A DNA stretch of 64,000 bases from an uncultured Planctomycetota bacterium (GTDB lineage: Bacteria; Planctomycetota; Planctomycetia; Isosphaerales; Isosphaeraceae): assembly GCA_963737655.1 (NCBI GenBank), contig CAVTTN010000002.1, positions 6,016,001-6,080,000 of the forward strand, read 5' to 3'. Position numbers and translations under genes: made by a program. Shown in pieces: positions 43,867 through 55,800 of the stretch. The notes under the pieces are model-generated. The model did not search any database. It was not told the DNA's origin and was given only the letters and a program-made list of their open reading frames with translations. Each line of letters starts with the position of its first letter. Position 1 is the stretch's first letter.

Positions 43867-45270
43867 TCGATGCCCAGCGTCTTCTGGATCTCTTCGAGGG
43901 GGACGCCCTTGGTCTCGGGCATCAGGAACAGGGCCCACAGCAGTTGCAGGGCCATCATCGCCGCGTAGAAGGCGAAGGCATGGCCGCCGGAGCTCCGGGC
44001 GATCAGGGGGAACGTCCAGGTGATCAGGGCGGCCATGACCCAGTGAGTCGTGCTCCCCAGGGCCTGCCCCTTGGCGCGGACGCGGTTGGGGAAGATCTCG
44101 CTGATGAACACCCAGATCACCGCCCCCTGGCCGAACGCATGGGCCGCGATGAACAGGAGCAGGCCCCCGAGGACGACCGCCGAACCCGTCGCGGTGAACT
44201 CGGTCCCATACGTGTAGAAGGCCCACGCCGTCGCCCCCAGGCTGACGAGGTAGCCGGCCGAGCCGATCAGGATCAGCTTGCGACGGCCGATCCGGTCGAT
44301 CACCGTCATGGCCAGCATCGTGAACAGGAGGTTCGTCCCGCCCACGGCCACGGATTGCAGCAACGCCGAGTCCTTGCCCGCGCCGGCCATCTCGAAAATC
44401 TTCGGCGGCGTAATACATGAGCGCGTTGATCCCCGAGAGTTGATTGAACATCGCGATGGCCACGGCCAGGAAGATCGGCCGGCGATACTCCCATCGGAAC
44501 AGGGAGTCCGACCCGTGATGGTGCGAGAGGTCGAGCGATCGCCGGATGTCCTCGACCTCCTCGTCGATCCCCGGGCCATCGACGCCCAGCCTCGCCAGGA
44601 CGGCCCTGGCCTCCTCGACCCGGCCTCGGGCCATCAGCCATCGGGGGCTTTCCGGGGTGGGGAACAGCAGGAGGAAGAACGCGGCCGACGGGATGACCTG
44701 GACGCCCAGCATCCATCGCCATTCCGACGCGCCCAGATTCAGTCGCGCGATCAAGTAATTCGACAGGAACGCGACCAGGATGCCCAGGACGACGTTGAAT
44801 TGCTGGGCCGCCACCAGCCGGCCGCGCACCCTCGCCGGGGAGATCTCCGCGATGTACAGCGGCGAGACGACCGAGGCCCCGCCGACGGCGAGCCCTCCCA
44901 GGGCGCGGAAGGCCAGGAACGAATACCAGTCCCACGCCAGGGCGCTGCCCAGGGCCGAGACGAAATAGAGGACCGCCAGGACCATCAGGGCCTTCTTCCG
45001 GCCCCACGAATCGGCGGGCTTTCCCGCGAAGATCGAGCCGACGATGGTGCCGACCAGGGCGATGGCGACGGTGATCCCCAGGAGGTTTTCGCTCAGATGA
45101 TACGTCGTCTTGATCGCCTCGGTGGTGCCCGAGATCACGGCCGTGTCGAAGCCGAACAGGAGGCCGCCGAGGGCCGCCACGATCGCGCTGCCGATCAGGA
45201 CCGGGGTGACCGAGACCCGGGCCGGGGGCCGGGTCGCGTCCCCGGCCGGTCGAACGTCGGTGGGAATCAC
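43863..45270 (-). CDS. MFS sugar porter (frameshift near 44405)
   Basis: LGGLLFGFDTAVISG, YIAEISPARVRGRL, PESPRWL, QLSGINALMYY, SEIFPNRVR, PETKG. Confidence 0.93.
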
Positions 45271-46172
45271 GGGAGGGCCTCCGTCTCGGGGTCCGGGGGG
45301 AACTTCAACGCATCGGGCAGGGTGGGCGTGCCCCCGGGCTGGGAGCAGACGAACGCGGCGACCTCGTTGGCATGGCGGTTGATCTCGTGGAGAGGGCGAC
45401 CGAGCAGGAGGCCGACGACCAGGGCCGCCGTGAAGGCGTCGCCGGCGCCGATCGTGTCGCGGACCGAGACGGCCGAGCCCGGATGCTCGGACCATTCGCC
45501 GCCGGACCGCAGCAGGCTGCCGTGGGGGCCTCTCGTCAGCGCCACGAGCGACAGGCCGAAGCGGTCGGCCAGCTCGGTCATCGCGGTTTTCGGGTCCGCC
45601 GAGAGGCCGAACATCGCCGCGAGCTCGGGCAATTCCTGGTCGTTGAGCTTCAGGGCGCTGGCCAGCTCCAGGGACTCGGCGATCACGTCGCGATCGACGA
45701 ACGGGGGGCGGAGGTTCACGTCGAGGAGGCGCAGGGCCCCGGGTCGGCTGGCCGAGACGATCGCCCGGATCGCCGATCGCGACGGCCCTTCGCGTTGCGA
45801 GAGGCTGCCGAAGCAGACCGCCCCGGCCCGGGCCGCGCGATCGAGGGCCGCCGGGCCCGCCTCGATCCGGTCCCAGGCGACGTGCTCCCGGATCGTGAAT
45901 CGCGGCTGGCCGTCGGCGGCGAGCTCGACGTCGACGGTCCCGGTGGGGAGCTCGGGATCGACCTGGACCGTCTCGGTCGGGAGGCCGAGCCCTCGGAATC
46001 GTTCCAGGACCTCGCGCCCCAGGGGATCGGCGCCGACCCGGGTGATCAGCGCCGCGTCGGCGCCCAGCGATCGGCATTGATACGTGAAATTGGCCGGTGC
46101 GCCGCCGAGCTGCTTGCCCGTCGGCAGCAGATCCCAGAGCACTTCGCCCACGGCGAGGATCGGAGGACTCAT
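45267..46172 (-). CDS. PfkB-family carbohydrate kinase (fructokinase-like)
   Basis: GEVLWD...GGAPANF, DVNLR, DTIGAGDAF. Confidence 0.93.
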   Translation of the reverse strand: MSPPILAVGEVLWDLLPTGKQLGGAPANFTYQCRSLGADAALITRVGADPLGREVLERFRGLGLPTETVQVDPELPTGTVDVELAADGQPRFTIREHVAWDRIEAGPAALDRAARAGAVCFGSLSQREGPSRSAIRAIVSASRPGALRLLDVNLRPPFVDRDVIAESLELASALKLNDQELPELAAMFGLSADPKTAMTELADRFGLSLVALTRGPHGSLLRSGGEWSEHPGSAVSVRDTIGAGDAFTAALVVGLLLGRPLHEINRHANEVAAFVCSQPGGTPTLPDALKFPPDPETEALP

Positions 46173-46321
46173 GATCGGAACGACCGTGCGTTGACCCCTC
46201 CCGATCGGGGACCGGGGACCTCCTCGCCGGCCCGGGAGAGGGACCGTGCCTGGCTCGAATCGGCGTCGCTTCGATGGACGTCTGGGGAGGGCCTCGCTCG
46301 CCATAGGCTATGCGAGGTTCC

Positions 46322-46363
46322 TTGACGTTTCAAGGGCAATTTGTCATGATCTTGTCATGACAA
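46322..46363 (+). promoter_or_regulatory. Putative sigma70 promoter overlapped by operator palindromes
   Basis: TTGACG (46322), 17 nt, CATGAT (46345); perfect palindrome TTGTCATGACAA at 46352-46363 and a partial copy TTGTCATGAT at 46341-46350, between divergent genes. Confidence 0.6.
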
Positions 46364-46377
46364 TTCCGCCTCCTGTC

Positions 46378-47496
46378 ATGAGCGATCCCATGTCCACCGT
46401 GCCCAAGCATCACCGGGTCTCTCAGGAGCTGCTCGCCGAGATCGCGGCGGGGAAATATGCCCCGTCGGGCCGGTTGCCGAGCGAGGCGCAGCTGGTGGAG
46501 CGGTTCGGGGTCTCCCGGCCGACGATCGCCCGGGCCTTGCGGGACCTCCAGGAGCGCGGGCTGGTGGAGCGTCGCGTCGGCTCGGGGAGCTTCGTGAGGG
46601 CCTCGTCGGGGACGGACGAGGCCCACCGGCGGTTCGGCCTGCTGGTGCCCGGGTTGGGGACCACGGAGATCTTCGAGGTGATCTGCGGGGAGATCGCCGG
46701 TCTCGCCCGGGTCCACGGCTACTCGGTCCTCTGGGGGAGCACCCGGCATCGCCCCCAGGACGCGGTCAGCGCCGAGGGGGCGGAAGACCTCTGCGAGCAG
46801 TTCATCCGGGGGCAGGTCGCGGGCGTCTTCTTCGCCCCGTTCGAGCACACCGCCGACCGCGAGGCCCTGAATCGCGGCCTGGCCGAGAAGCTGAGGAGGG
46901 CGGGGATCGCCGTCGTCCTGCTCGATCGCGACCTCGGCGCGTTCCCCGATCGCAGCGAGTTCGACCTCGTGGGCGTGGATAACTTCGCCGGGGGCTACCG
47001 GCTGGCCGACCACCTGATGAAGCTGGGCTGCCGGTCGATGGCCTTCGCGGTCCGGCCGATGTCGGCGCCGACGGTCAACGCGAGGATCGCCGGGGCCCGG
47101 GAGGCGATCCTCGATCGAGGGCGGCCCGTGCCCTCCGGATTCGTCCGCCAGGGCGACCCGGACGACCCCGAGTTCGCCCGGGGGTTCACCGGCAAGGGCC
47201 GGGTGGACGCCGTCCTCGGCGCGAACGACGACGTCGCGGCCCTCCTCCTGCGGTCGCTCGCGAGGGCCGGCCTCCGCACTCCGGACGACGTCCGGGTCGT
47301 CGGCTTCGACGACGTCCGGCACGCCACGATGCTGTCGGTCCCCTTGACGACGATGCACCAGCCCTGCCGGGAGATCGCGATCGTGGCCGTCCGGGCCATG
47401 CTCGACCGGATCGCCGACCCGACGCTCCCGGCTCGCGGCCTGGCGCTCTCGCCCTCGCTGGTCGTCCGCGAATCGTGCGGGGCGTACCTCGGCTGA
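46378..47496 (+). CDS. GntR-HTH / LacI-type sensor transcriptional regulator (AraR-like)
   Basis: RLPSEAQLVERFGVSRPTIARAL...GSGSFV; VGVDNFAGG; PDDVRVVGFDD; PLTTMHQP; LVVRES. Confidence 0.93.
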   Translation: MSDPMSTVPKHHRVSQELLAEIAAGKYAPSGRLPSEAQLVERFGVSRPTIARALRDLQERGLVERRVGSGSFVRASSGTDEAHRRFGLLVPGLGTTEIFEVICGEIAGLARVHGYSVLWGSTRHRPQDAVSAEGAEDLCEQFIRGQVAGVFFAPFEHTADREALNRGLAEKLRRAGIAVVLLDRDLGAFPDRSEFDLVGVDNFAGGYRLADHLMKLGCRSMAFAVRPMSAPTVNARIAGAREAILDRGRPVPSGFVRQGDPDDPEFARGFTGKGRVDAVLGANDDVAALLLRSLARAGLRTPDDVRVVGFDDVRHATMLSVPLTTMHQPCREIAIVAVRAMLDRIADPTLPARGLALSPSLVVRESCGAYLG

Positions 47497-47563
47497 GTCG
47501 GGGCGGGCCTGGTAGACTGGGCCGCGTTGATCCCCGCCCGCCGATGCCCCGAAAGAGATGCCC

Positions 47564-49330
47564 ATGAGCCTCGGACCGCTGTTCCGTCGCGAGTTCCGGG
47601 CCGCGACGAGCGGACGTCGGACCTATCTCTATCGCGTCTTCGTGGCGGGGCTGCTCCTGCTGGCGGCGGGCGTGGTCGGCGCCGTGATCTTCTCGATGGA
47701 CCCGACGCGGGAGGAGGACTGGGACCGCACCACGGTCTTCGGCCAGGCGGCGTTCGTCGCGGTCTTCGGCGGGGAGTTGCTGGTCCTGGCCTTCCTCGTG
47801 CCGGCCCTGGTGGGGGCCGCCGTGGCCGAGGAGCGCCAGAAGGACACGCTGCCCTCGCTCCTGCTGAGCAAGCTCCGGCCGATCGAGATCGTGACGACCA
47901 AGCTCATCGCCCGCGGCCTCCCCGCCCTGAGCCTGGCGCTCACCGGCCTCCCCCTGCTGGTGGCGACGGCCTATCTCGGCGGCCTGGAGGTCCAGTTCCT
48001 GCTGGCGATGGCGGTGCTCGGGTCGAGCTGGCTGCTGATGGCGGCGCTGTCGATCCTGGCCTCGGCGGCCCGCGACCAGGCGGCGACGGCCCGCGCCCAG
48101 GCGACGGCCTGGGTCCTGGCCTGGTTCGTCCTCCTGCCGTTCCTGACCGTCCTGCCGGTCCGCTCCAACACGCTCTGGGGCGGGCTCCTGGGCGAGATCG
48201 GCGCGCTTTGCTCCTACATCGCCCCGGGCAGCCCGCTGTGGCTGGTGATCGATCGGAGCTGGTATTTCCGGCCGGAGGTGATGGACCTGGCCGGCAAGGT
48301 TGGCGTCATGATCGGCATCCAGGCGATCGTGGCGGTCCTGGCGACGGTCCACGCGGCGAGCTACCTGAAGGCCCGCGATCGCCATCCCAACTGGCTCGAT
48401 CCCACGAGGGGCTACCGCCCTCCGTGCGGCGACGACCCGATCTTCTGGAGGGAGTACGAGCTGCCGATGCGTCGAGGGGGCGGCTCGGTCCTCGCCCTGA
48501 GGCTCCGCACGGTCCGGGTCTTGATCCTGGCCATCCTCATCAATGCCCTGGCGCTGGTGGCCATCGCCCTGGTCCTGGCCATGCCGATCGGCCTGCTGTT
48601 CGCGACGATCTATTACGGCGTCCCGGCGTTCCAGGAATACTGGCGGCTGGGGGCGGCCGGGCCGTTCACCGAGAGGACTCGCTTCAACCTGGTCGTCCGG
48701 GTCGCGACCGGGATCTTCGCCCTGGTGCCGGCGATGAGCCTGGGGACGGTCATCTCGGGGAAGATCACGGCCGAGCGCGACAAGAAGACGTGGGATGCCC
48801 TCCTGACGACCCCGTTGAGCGGCGAGGAGATCCTCCGGTCCAAGGCGAAGGCCGCGCTCCACGGCTTCTGGCAGTCGGCGTGGCCGGTGCCGATCGTCTG
48901 GGTCCTCGGCCTGGCCTGCGGGGTGGTGATGCCCCTGCCCCTGCTCCTGGTCGCGATCGACGTGCCCCTGTTCGCCTGGCTGAGCCTGGCGCTCGGGTTC
49001 TTCGGGAGCCTGAAGCCCCAGCCCGCGGGCCCCGCGTCGAGCCGGCTTTCCATGCTGACGATGCTGATGTTCCTGATCCAGATCGCGGTGATGGGCGCCT
49101 CGCTGGTCGCGCCCTGGGAATATGCCGTGTTCTCCGGGTGGGACTGGCGGATCCGCTGGGGCGTGGTGCTCGGCGTCCTGGCGGTCGTCGCGGCGACCGG
49201 CCTGATCGCCTGGCGCCTGACCCGCCGGGTCCTCTCGGATTTCGAGGAGTGGGTCGGCCGCCCCCGCGTCGATCCGGCGGCCGGGCCCGGCGGGACGGTG
49301 GCTTCCACGAGCGATCACGTCTCCGCCTAA
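47564..49330 (+). CDS. ABC-2 type transporter permease (duplicated domain)
   Basis: Multiple TMs; AEERQKDTLPSLLLSKL and TAERDKKTWDALLTTPL motifs; DPIFWRE linker. Confidence 0.85.
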   Translation: MSLGPLFRREFRAATSGRRTYLYRVFVAGLLLLAAGVVGAVIFSMDPTREEDWDRTTVFGQAAFVAVFGGELLVLAFLVPALVGAAVAEERQKDTLPSLLLSKLRPIEIVTTKLIARGLPALSLALTGLPLLVATAYLGGLEVQFLLAMAVLGSSWLLMAALSILASAARDQAATARAQATAWVLAWFVLLPFLTVLPVRSNTLWGGLLGEIGALCSYIAPGSPLWLVIDRSWYFRPEVMDLAGKVGVMIGIQAIVAVLATVHAASYLKARDRHPNWLDPTRGYRPPCGDDPIFWREYELPMRRGGGSVLALRLRTVRVLILAILINALALVAIALVLAMPIGLLFATIYYGVPAFQEYWRLGAAGPFTERTRFNLVVRVATGIFALVPAMSLGTVISGKITAERDKKTWDALLTTPLSGEEILRSKAKAALHGFWQSAWPVPIVWVLGLACGVVMPLPLLLVAIDVPLFAWLSLALGFFGSLKPQPAGPASSRLSMLTMLMFLIQIAVMGASLVAPWEYAVFSGWDWRIRWGVVLGVLAVVAATGLIAWRLTRRVLSDFEEWVGRPRVDPAAGPGGTVASTSDHVSA

Positions 49331-49875
49331 ACAAGCAAATTGCGTGGGATGCTCTGATATGTTTTGTGATGATTCCTCAGGGAATGCACTCGTGTTCCGC
49401 GGACGTTGAGCGGGCGCGACGCCGCGATTATTTTTGCGAAAATTGCCATTATTCGCTTGCATGGCCGCGTTGCCCGACGCAAGAATCCCGCTCGTCCGCC
49501 CGATCTCGATCGTTCGCCGACTTTCCGGGGGCCGGCCATTTCGCCGAGAGCGCCCGCTCGCCGCCCCGAGTGCCCCTTGCGTGGTCCGAGGTCCGTTTGG
49601 AATTGTAAGGCGAAGATCGTTCGTCCGTTCCGCCCCTCCGTGGTCTGATTCGGGAGCCCCGCGAATTCGAGTCTCCGGCATCCGCCGCCCTTCCGGCGGC
49701 CGATGTTCGGCGGGTCGCGGTGTCTCCCCTCGCCTCGTCCGTCCTTTGAGTTGACGAAACCGACGCGCCGGCCTCCCGGAGGCCGGTCGCCCGGGTCGGC
49801 CGCGACCCGAGGCCGGCGCGCGGCCCGTTCTCGCCCTCGGTGCTCGATGACGCATCCTCGACGGAGACGCCGACC

Positions 49876-52800
49876 ATGAGCAAGTCGTCGCGGAAGAGGA
49901 ACCACGGCCGGATGGCCTGGCGGAGGCGGCCCGCCGCCCTCCCCGACCGGGCCTTCCGGCCCTCGCCGGTCGATCGGCTGGAGGACCGAACCGTCCCGTC
50001 GCCGGTGGTCGGCGGCCTCCACCTGCTCCACGACACGGGCGTGTCCGGCTCCGACGGGATCACGACGGACCCCACGATCGCGGGGACCGTGACGAACGGG
50101 GGCGCCCGCGTCGATGGGCTGACGGTCCAGGTCGATGTCAACGGCGACGGCCAGGCCGACGGCACGACGGCGACGGACAGCGCCGGGGCGTTCGTCTTCG
50201 ACCCGTCGAGCCTGGACCTCGCGCCCGGCACCGTCCACGTCTCGGCCCGCGCCGGGGCGTTCGACGCGACCCAGGACGCGACGGTGTACGGGGCCTGGAC
50301 GAACCTGAGCTTCACCCTGGAGGCGCCCGACCCCCCGCCGGTGGTCGCCTCGCTCGGCCTCCTGAACGACTCGGGGCCCCGGACGGCGTGACCTTCGACC
50401 CGACGCTCACCGGGGTCGTCACCGACGGGGCGACGGCCTCGGGCCTGCCGGTCCAGGTCGACACCAACGGCGACGGCTACGCCGACGGCAACGCGACGAC
50501 CGACGCCAACGGCGGCTTCACCTGGACGCCGACTCGCCTGACCCCGGGCCGGTGACCGTCGAGGCGAGGGCGGGGGCCTACGATCCGGTCCAGTCGGCCT
50601 GGGTCTACGGGGACTGGAGGACGTTCAGCTTCACCCTGGCCGCGCCGACGCGCCCCCGGTGATCCCCTCGCTCTCCCTGCTCCACGACACGGGCTCGTCG
50701 CCGTACGACCGGATCACGTCCGACCCGAGGGTCACCGGCTCGGTGACCAACGACGGGCCGACCTCGGGCCTGACCGTGGAGTTCGACCAGAACGGCGACG
50801 GCCAGGCCGACGGCACCGCGACGACCGACGCCCAGGGGAACTTTATCGACCTGCCCTCGGGCCTGTCCCCCGGCCCGGTGACGATCCGGGCCCGGCCCAC
50901 CGAGTACGATTCGGTGCTCGGGGCGGTCCAGGACGGGGCCTGGGTCTCCCTGAGCTTCACCCTGGTCGCCAACACGGGCCCGGTGGTCACGTCGCTGGTC
51001 CTGGCCGATGACAACGGGGCGTCGTCCACCGACGGCATCACGTCCGACCCGACGGTCAAGGGGAGCGTCACGGACCCCGACGGCGCCTCGGGCCTGACCG
51101 TCGAGGTCGACGAGAACGGGGACGGCCAGCCGGACGGGACGGCGACGACCGACTCTCAGGGGAATTTCACGTTCGTCCCGCGAGGGCTCGCCCCGGGGCC
51201 GCAGACGGTCCGGGCCCGGGCCATCGCCCACGACTCGGCGGACGGTCGCGACCTGACGTCCGACTGGGTCGCCGTCAGCTTCACCCTCCTGGACCACGTC
51301 AAGGCCGCGCCGACGCTCGCCTCGATCGCCCTGCTCGACGACACCGGCACCTCGGCCTCGGACCTGGTGACGACCGACCCGAGGATCGCCGCCTCGGTCA
51401 CGAGCCAGGAGGCGGGCATCTCCGGCCTGGCCGTCGAGTTCGACACCAATCATGACGGCGTCCCGGACGCCTCCGTCCTGGCCGACGCGACCGGGGCCCT
51501 GACGTACAATCCGCTCTGGGCCCGGCCCGGGACCGTCACGTTGCAGGCCCGAGCCAAGGGCTACGACAGCGACCAGTCGGCCGAGCTGTACGGCGCGTGG
51601 ACGAGCTTCAGCTTCACCCTCCAGTCCAATCCGCAGGCGGCGCCGGTGGTCGCGGGCCTGGCCTTGCTCGATGACACCGGGGCGTCCTCGACCGACAACG
51701 TGACGGCCGACCCGGCGTTCGGCGGGGCGGTCACGCAGAACGGGACGGCCTCGGCCGGGCTGACGGTGGAGATCGACACCAACGGCGACGGGACGCCCGA
51801 CGCCACGGCCACGACCGACTCCGGCGGCCACTTCGCCCTCTCGCCGGCCGGGCTGGCGGCCGGCCCGGTGACGGTCCGGGCCCGGGGCAAGGCGTACGAC
51901 TACGGCCTGGGGGCCTACGTCACGGGCTCCTGGGCGTCGCTGTCCTTCACCTTGACGACGGCCTCGCCCCCGGCGATCACGACGCTCGGCCTGGCCAACG
52001 ACAACGGCGTGTCGGCGACCGACAAGATCACCAGCGACCCGTCGATCGCCGGGGTGGCCTCCTCGGGCACGAACGGCGGCTCGGGCCTGACGATCGAATA
52101 CGACACCAACGGCGACGGCCAGGCGGACGGCTCGGCCCCGGCCGACTCCCAGGGCCGGTTCAGCTTCACGCCGGCCCAACGCCCGGCCGACGGCCCGGTC
52201 ACGATCCAGGCCCGGGCCAAGTCCTGGGACGACACGCAGCAGGCCTGGATCGTCGGCTCCTGGACGCCCTTCTCGTTCACGCTGGTCGCCCCGGCCGCGC
52301 CGACGATCCAGGCGCTCGGCCTGGTCAACGACGACGGGACGTCGTCCACGGACAAGGTGACGAGCGACCCGCGAATCCAGGGGACGGTCCGGGCCGACGG
52401 CTCCCCGGCGGGGCTGCTCATCCAGGTGGACACGACGGGCTCGGGGGTCGCCACGGGCACGGCCCGGACCGACGGCCAGGGCGGGTTCGTGTACGACCCG
52501 AGGGACCTCAAGCCGGGCGCCCACACCGTCCAGGTCCGCGCCGGGGCCTACGATCCCGACACCAAGGCGTACCTGTACGGGGCCTGGGCCCCGTTCAGCT
52601 TCACCCTGACCACCGGCTCGTCCTCCGCGCCGTCGGTGACCGGCCTGGCGCTGCTCAGCACCGGCGGATCGGGCGGGACCGGCGGCTCGGGCGGCAAGGG
52701 CGGGCTGGGCGCGCCGGGGTCGGGCCCGATGTACGGCCCCCCCGGCTCGACCTCCACCAGCGACCCGACCGTGACCGGGACCGTCACCAACGGCGGGGGG

Positions 52801-55800
52801 AGCGTCGATCACCTGACCGTCGAGTTCGACACCAACAACGACGGCTCGCCCGACGGCTCGACGACGACCGACGCCCGGGGCAACTTCACCTACCGCCCGC
52901 CGCTGACCACGGCCGGCCAGGTGACGATCCAGGCCCGGGCGAAGGTCTGGAGCTACTCGCAGTCGGCCTACGTGACGGGCGCGTGGGCCTCGATCTCGTT
53001 CTCCTATTCGCCGAGCGGCTCGGCGAGCAACCCGGGCGTCAACGGGGCCCTGCCCGGGTCGGGGAGCGAGGTCGCCGCGTCCGACGCGGCGTATCGCTCG
53101 TCGGTGGCCCAGGGCGGCTCGACCTACGACGCGAACGTCGGCGCCTCGGGATCGACGGCCAACGGCGCCGCGGCCCTGGGCGTGGGGAGCTACACCCCCC
53201 TGAACAGCCAGGGCAACGCCTCGACGACCTCGGGCACGCCGGACCTCAGCCCGACCTTCAGCGTGAGCTCGCCCTCGTCCTCGCCGGCCCCGAAGACCTA
53301 CAACAACACGCTGACCACGAACGACTCGCCGACGACCCCCACCGGCTCCGCGACCCGCTCGGAGACCGAGACGATCACCTACAACCTGACCGCCTCGGGC
53401 GGCTCCTTCACCCTCGACGTGACGATCGACCTGAGCTTCTCCTACACCGAGAAGGGGGATTACGCGGTCTCGGCCAACGGCGAGACGGATAATCACTCCT
53501 ACATCATCAACGTCAGCGGCAAGTACAAGCTGGTGCTCCACGAGTCCGGGACCTACTCGACGACGGGCCCGGGGGTGACCGAGTCCGGCTCGCTCTCCGC
53601 GACCGAGACCGGCTCGTACAGCTCGGACTACATCGACACGGACAACTACTCGCTGAGTTCGACCGGGAGCTCGGGCGGGGGGACGTCCACGACCGACCTC
53701 AAGGGGGGCTACAGCTTCTCCTACGGGGAGTCGGGGAGCTTCAGCGCCGGGGGCGGCCATTCCGGCGTGACGGACGGCTACACGCTCTCCGGCTCGGACG
53801 ACTTCTCCTATTCCGGGACCGATTCGGGCCATTTCTCGTTCTCGTCGTCCGGCGGCGGGGGCTCCTCCTCGTCCAGCGGGACGTATAGCGACGGCGCCTC
53901 GGGCTCCTACGGGGACAGCTACGGCGATTCGGGCCAGTACTCGGCCAGCGATTCGGCCTACACGTTCACCGGCTCCTACACCTACGGCGAGGGGGGCGGC
54001 GACTCCACGACCGAGAGCGACTCCGGAGGCTCGACCTGGAGCGCCTCGGGCGACAGCGGGTCGGACAGCTCGACGTACACCGACGCCTACAACCAGAACT
54101 ACACCTACGGCGAGGGCGGCTCCTACACCGTCACCGACAAGACCCAGGTCGTCTCGGCCAGCGCCCGGCTGACCGCCCACGCCGACGAGACGATGGGCCT
54201 CCAGGGGGGCGATTCCTACTCGGTCGTGGAGGGCCAGGACAAGTACACCGGCTCGGTCGGCTACTCGTCGTCCGGGACGTACTCCGAGGACGCCACCGCC
54301 TCGGCGTCGGAAACGATCAACGGCGCGAGCACGACCGTCTCGGGCCGCACCTCGGTCGAGGCGACGGGGGGCTCGACCGACTCCTCGCAGGACTCGGGGA
54401 CCTACCTCGTCGTCGGGGCCTCCAGCGGCAACAGCGGGACGTATCACGACTCCGACAGCCAGTCCGGGAGCTACGACGGCAAGATCTCCGAGAGCTTCAC
54501 CGACGCCAATGGCGCCGTGAACGCCAGCGGGACGTACAGCCTGGACGACGGCGGCACCGACACGTTCTCCAGCGGAGAGACCGGCCAGTACGCGGACTCG
54601 TCCTCGACCAGCAGCGACAGCGGCACCTTCACCACGGCGATCTCGGGGACGGACGCCTCGTCGGTCCATTACTCGTCCAGCTTCACGCAGACGCCCTCGG
54701 ACTTCTCGGTGACGGGGAGCTTCGCCACCAGCGATTCCGGGTCCGGCAGCGAGTCCTACTCCGAGAACGGCAACTATTCGAGCTCCTACTCCACCAGCAG
54801 CTACGACTACGGATACAGCTCGTCCTCGGGCTCGGACGTGGGCCACTTCACCGAGGCCCAGTCGGAGACCGAGAGCACCTCGGACTCCGATTCGGGCTCC
54901 TACGCCTTCGACGACGCGAATTTCAGCCTGACCCACAGCGTGAGCAATTCGGACTCCCTGGGCTCCTCGTTCTCGTACTCCGGCGGGGGCGACTTCACCG
55001 ACTCGACGACCGACGGCTCCGGCACCACGACGACCCGGGGCAGCTACACCAGCACCGAGCAAGGGACGGACGCCCTCTCGACGGGCCTCGCCGGGTCGGC
55101 CACCACGAACAACAACGCGTTCTCCTCCAGCTCCACGGCGACCCGCCACGACGCGACGACCGGCTCGGGCAGCGAGAGCGAGGCGGGGTCGTACTCGTCC
55201 AGCGTCACGACCAACGGGACGACCACGACGACCCAGGGCCAGTACGCGTCGTCCGACGGCGGATCGTCCTCGACGAGCGACCAGGACACGGCCCACTACG
55301 CCCTGAGCAACTCCTCATTCGGCGTGACCGGCTCGTACAACCATGCCGAGTCGGCCGGCGGGAGCTCGTCCTACCAGGATGCCGGGACCGTGACCGACTC
55401 GTCATCGAACGAGACGGACACCGACAACTACACGTATTCCGACGCCCAGACCGACGCGGAGACCTATTTCGACTCCGGCACCTACAGCCAGGGGTCGGCG
55501 TTCGTGAACGACGGCAACTCGGGCGCGACGACGATCCACGGCTCGATCGACTCGGAGACGCACTCCGGGACCTACTCCGGCACCGGGGGCTTCGACAGCT
55601 TCGGCTTCGGGACGACCAGCTACGGGGGGGATTACCAGACCAGCGACAACTCGTCCTCGACCTTCTCCTCGGGCGCCTCGGGGGCCTATCACAAGGACAA
55701 CGTGAACTCGACGACCTCCGGCTCGTTCGGGAGCTCCGAGGGGGCTCGTCGTCCTATTCCGACACGTTCCACGACCACTCCTCGACCTCGGGCGGCGGCA

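Noticed and set aside
42319..46077. 1252-aa ORF suggesting an MFS transporter-GH32 fusion
   Set aside because: Artefact of the frameshift near 44405; the MFS C-terminus is in another frame and stops at 43863, overlapping the GH32 start.
49995..53010. Periodic repeats as a possible CRISPR array or DGR template
   Set aside because: Units are ~315-bp diverged protein-coding repeats; no short identical repeats with spacers, and no cas or reverse transcriptase gene in the window.
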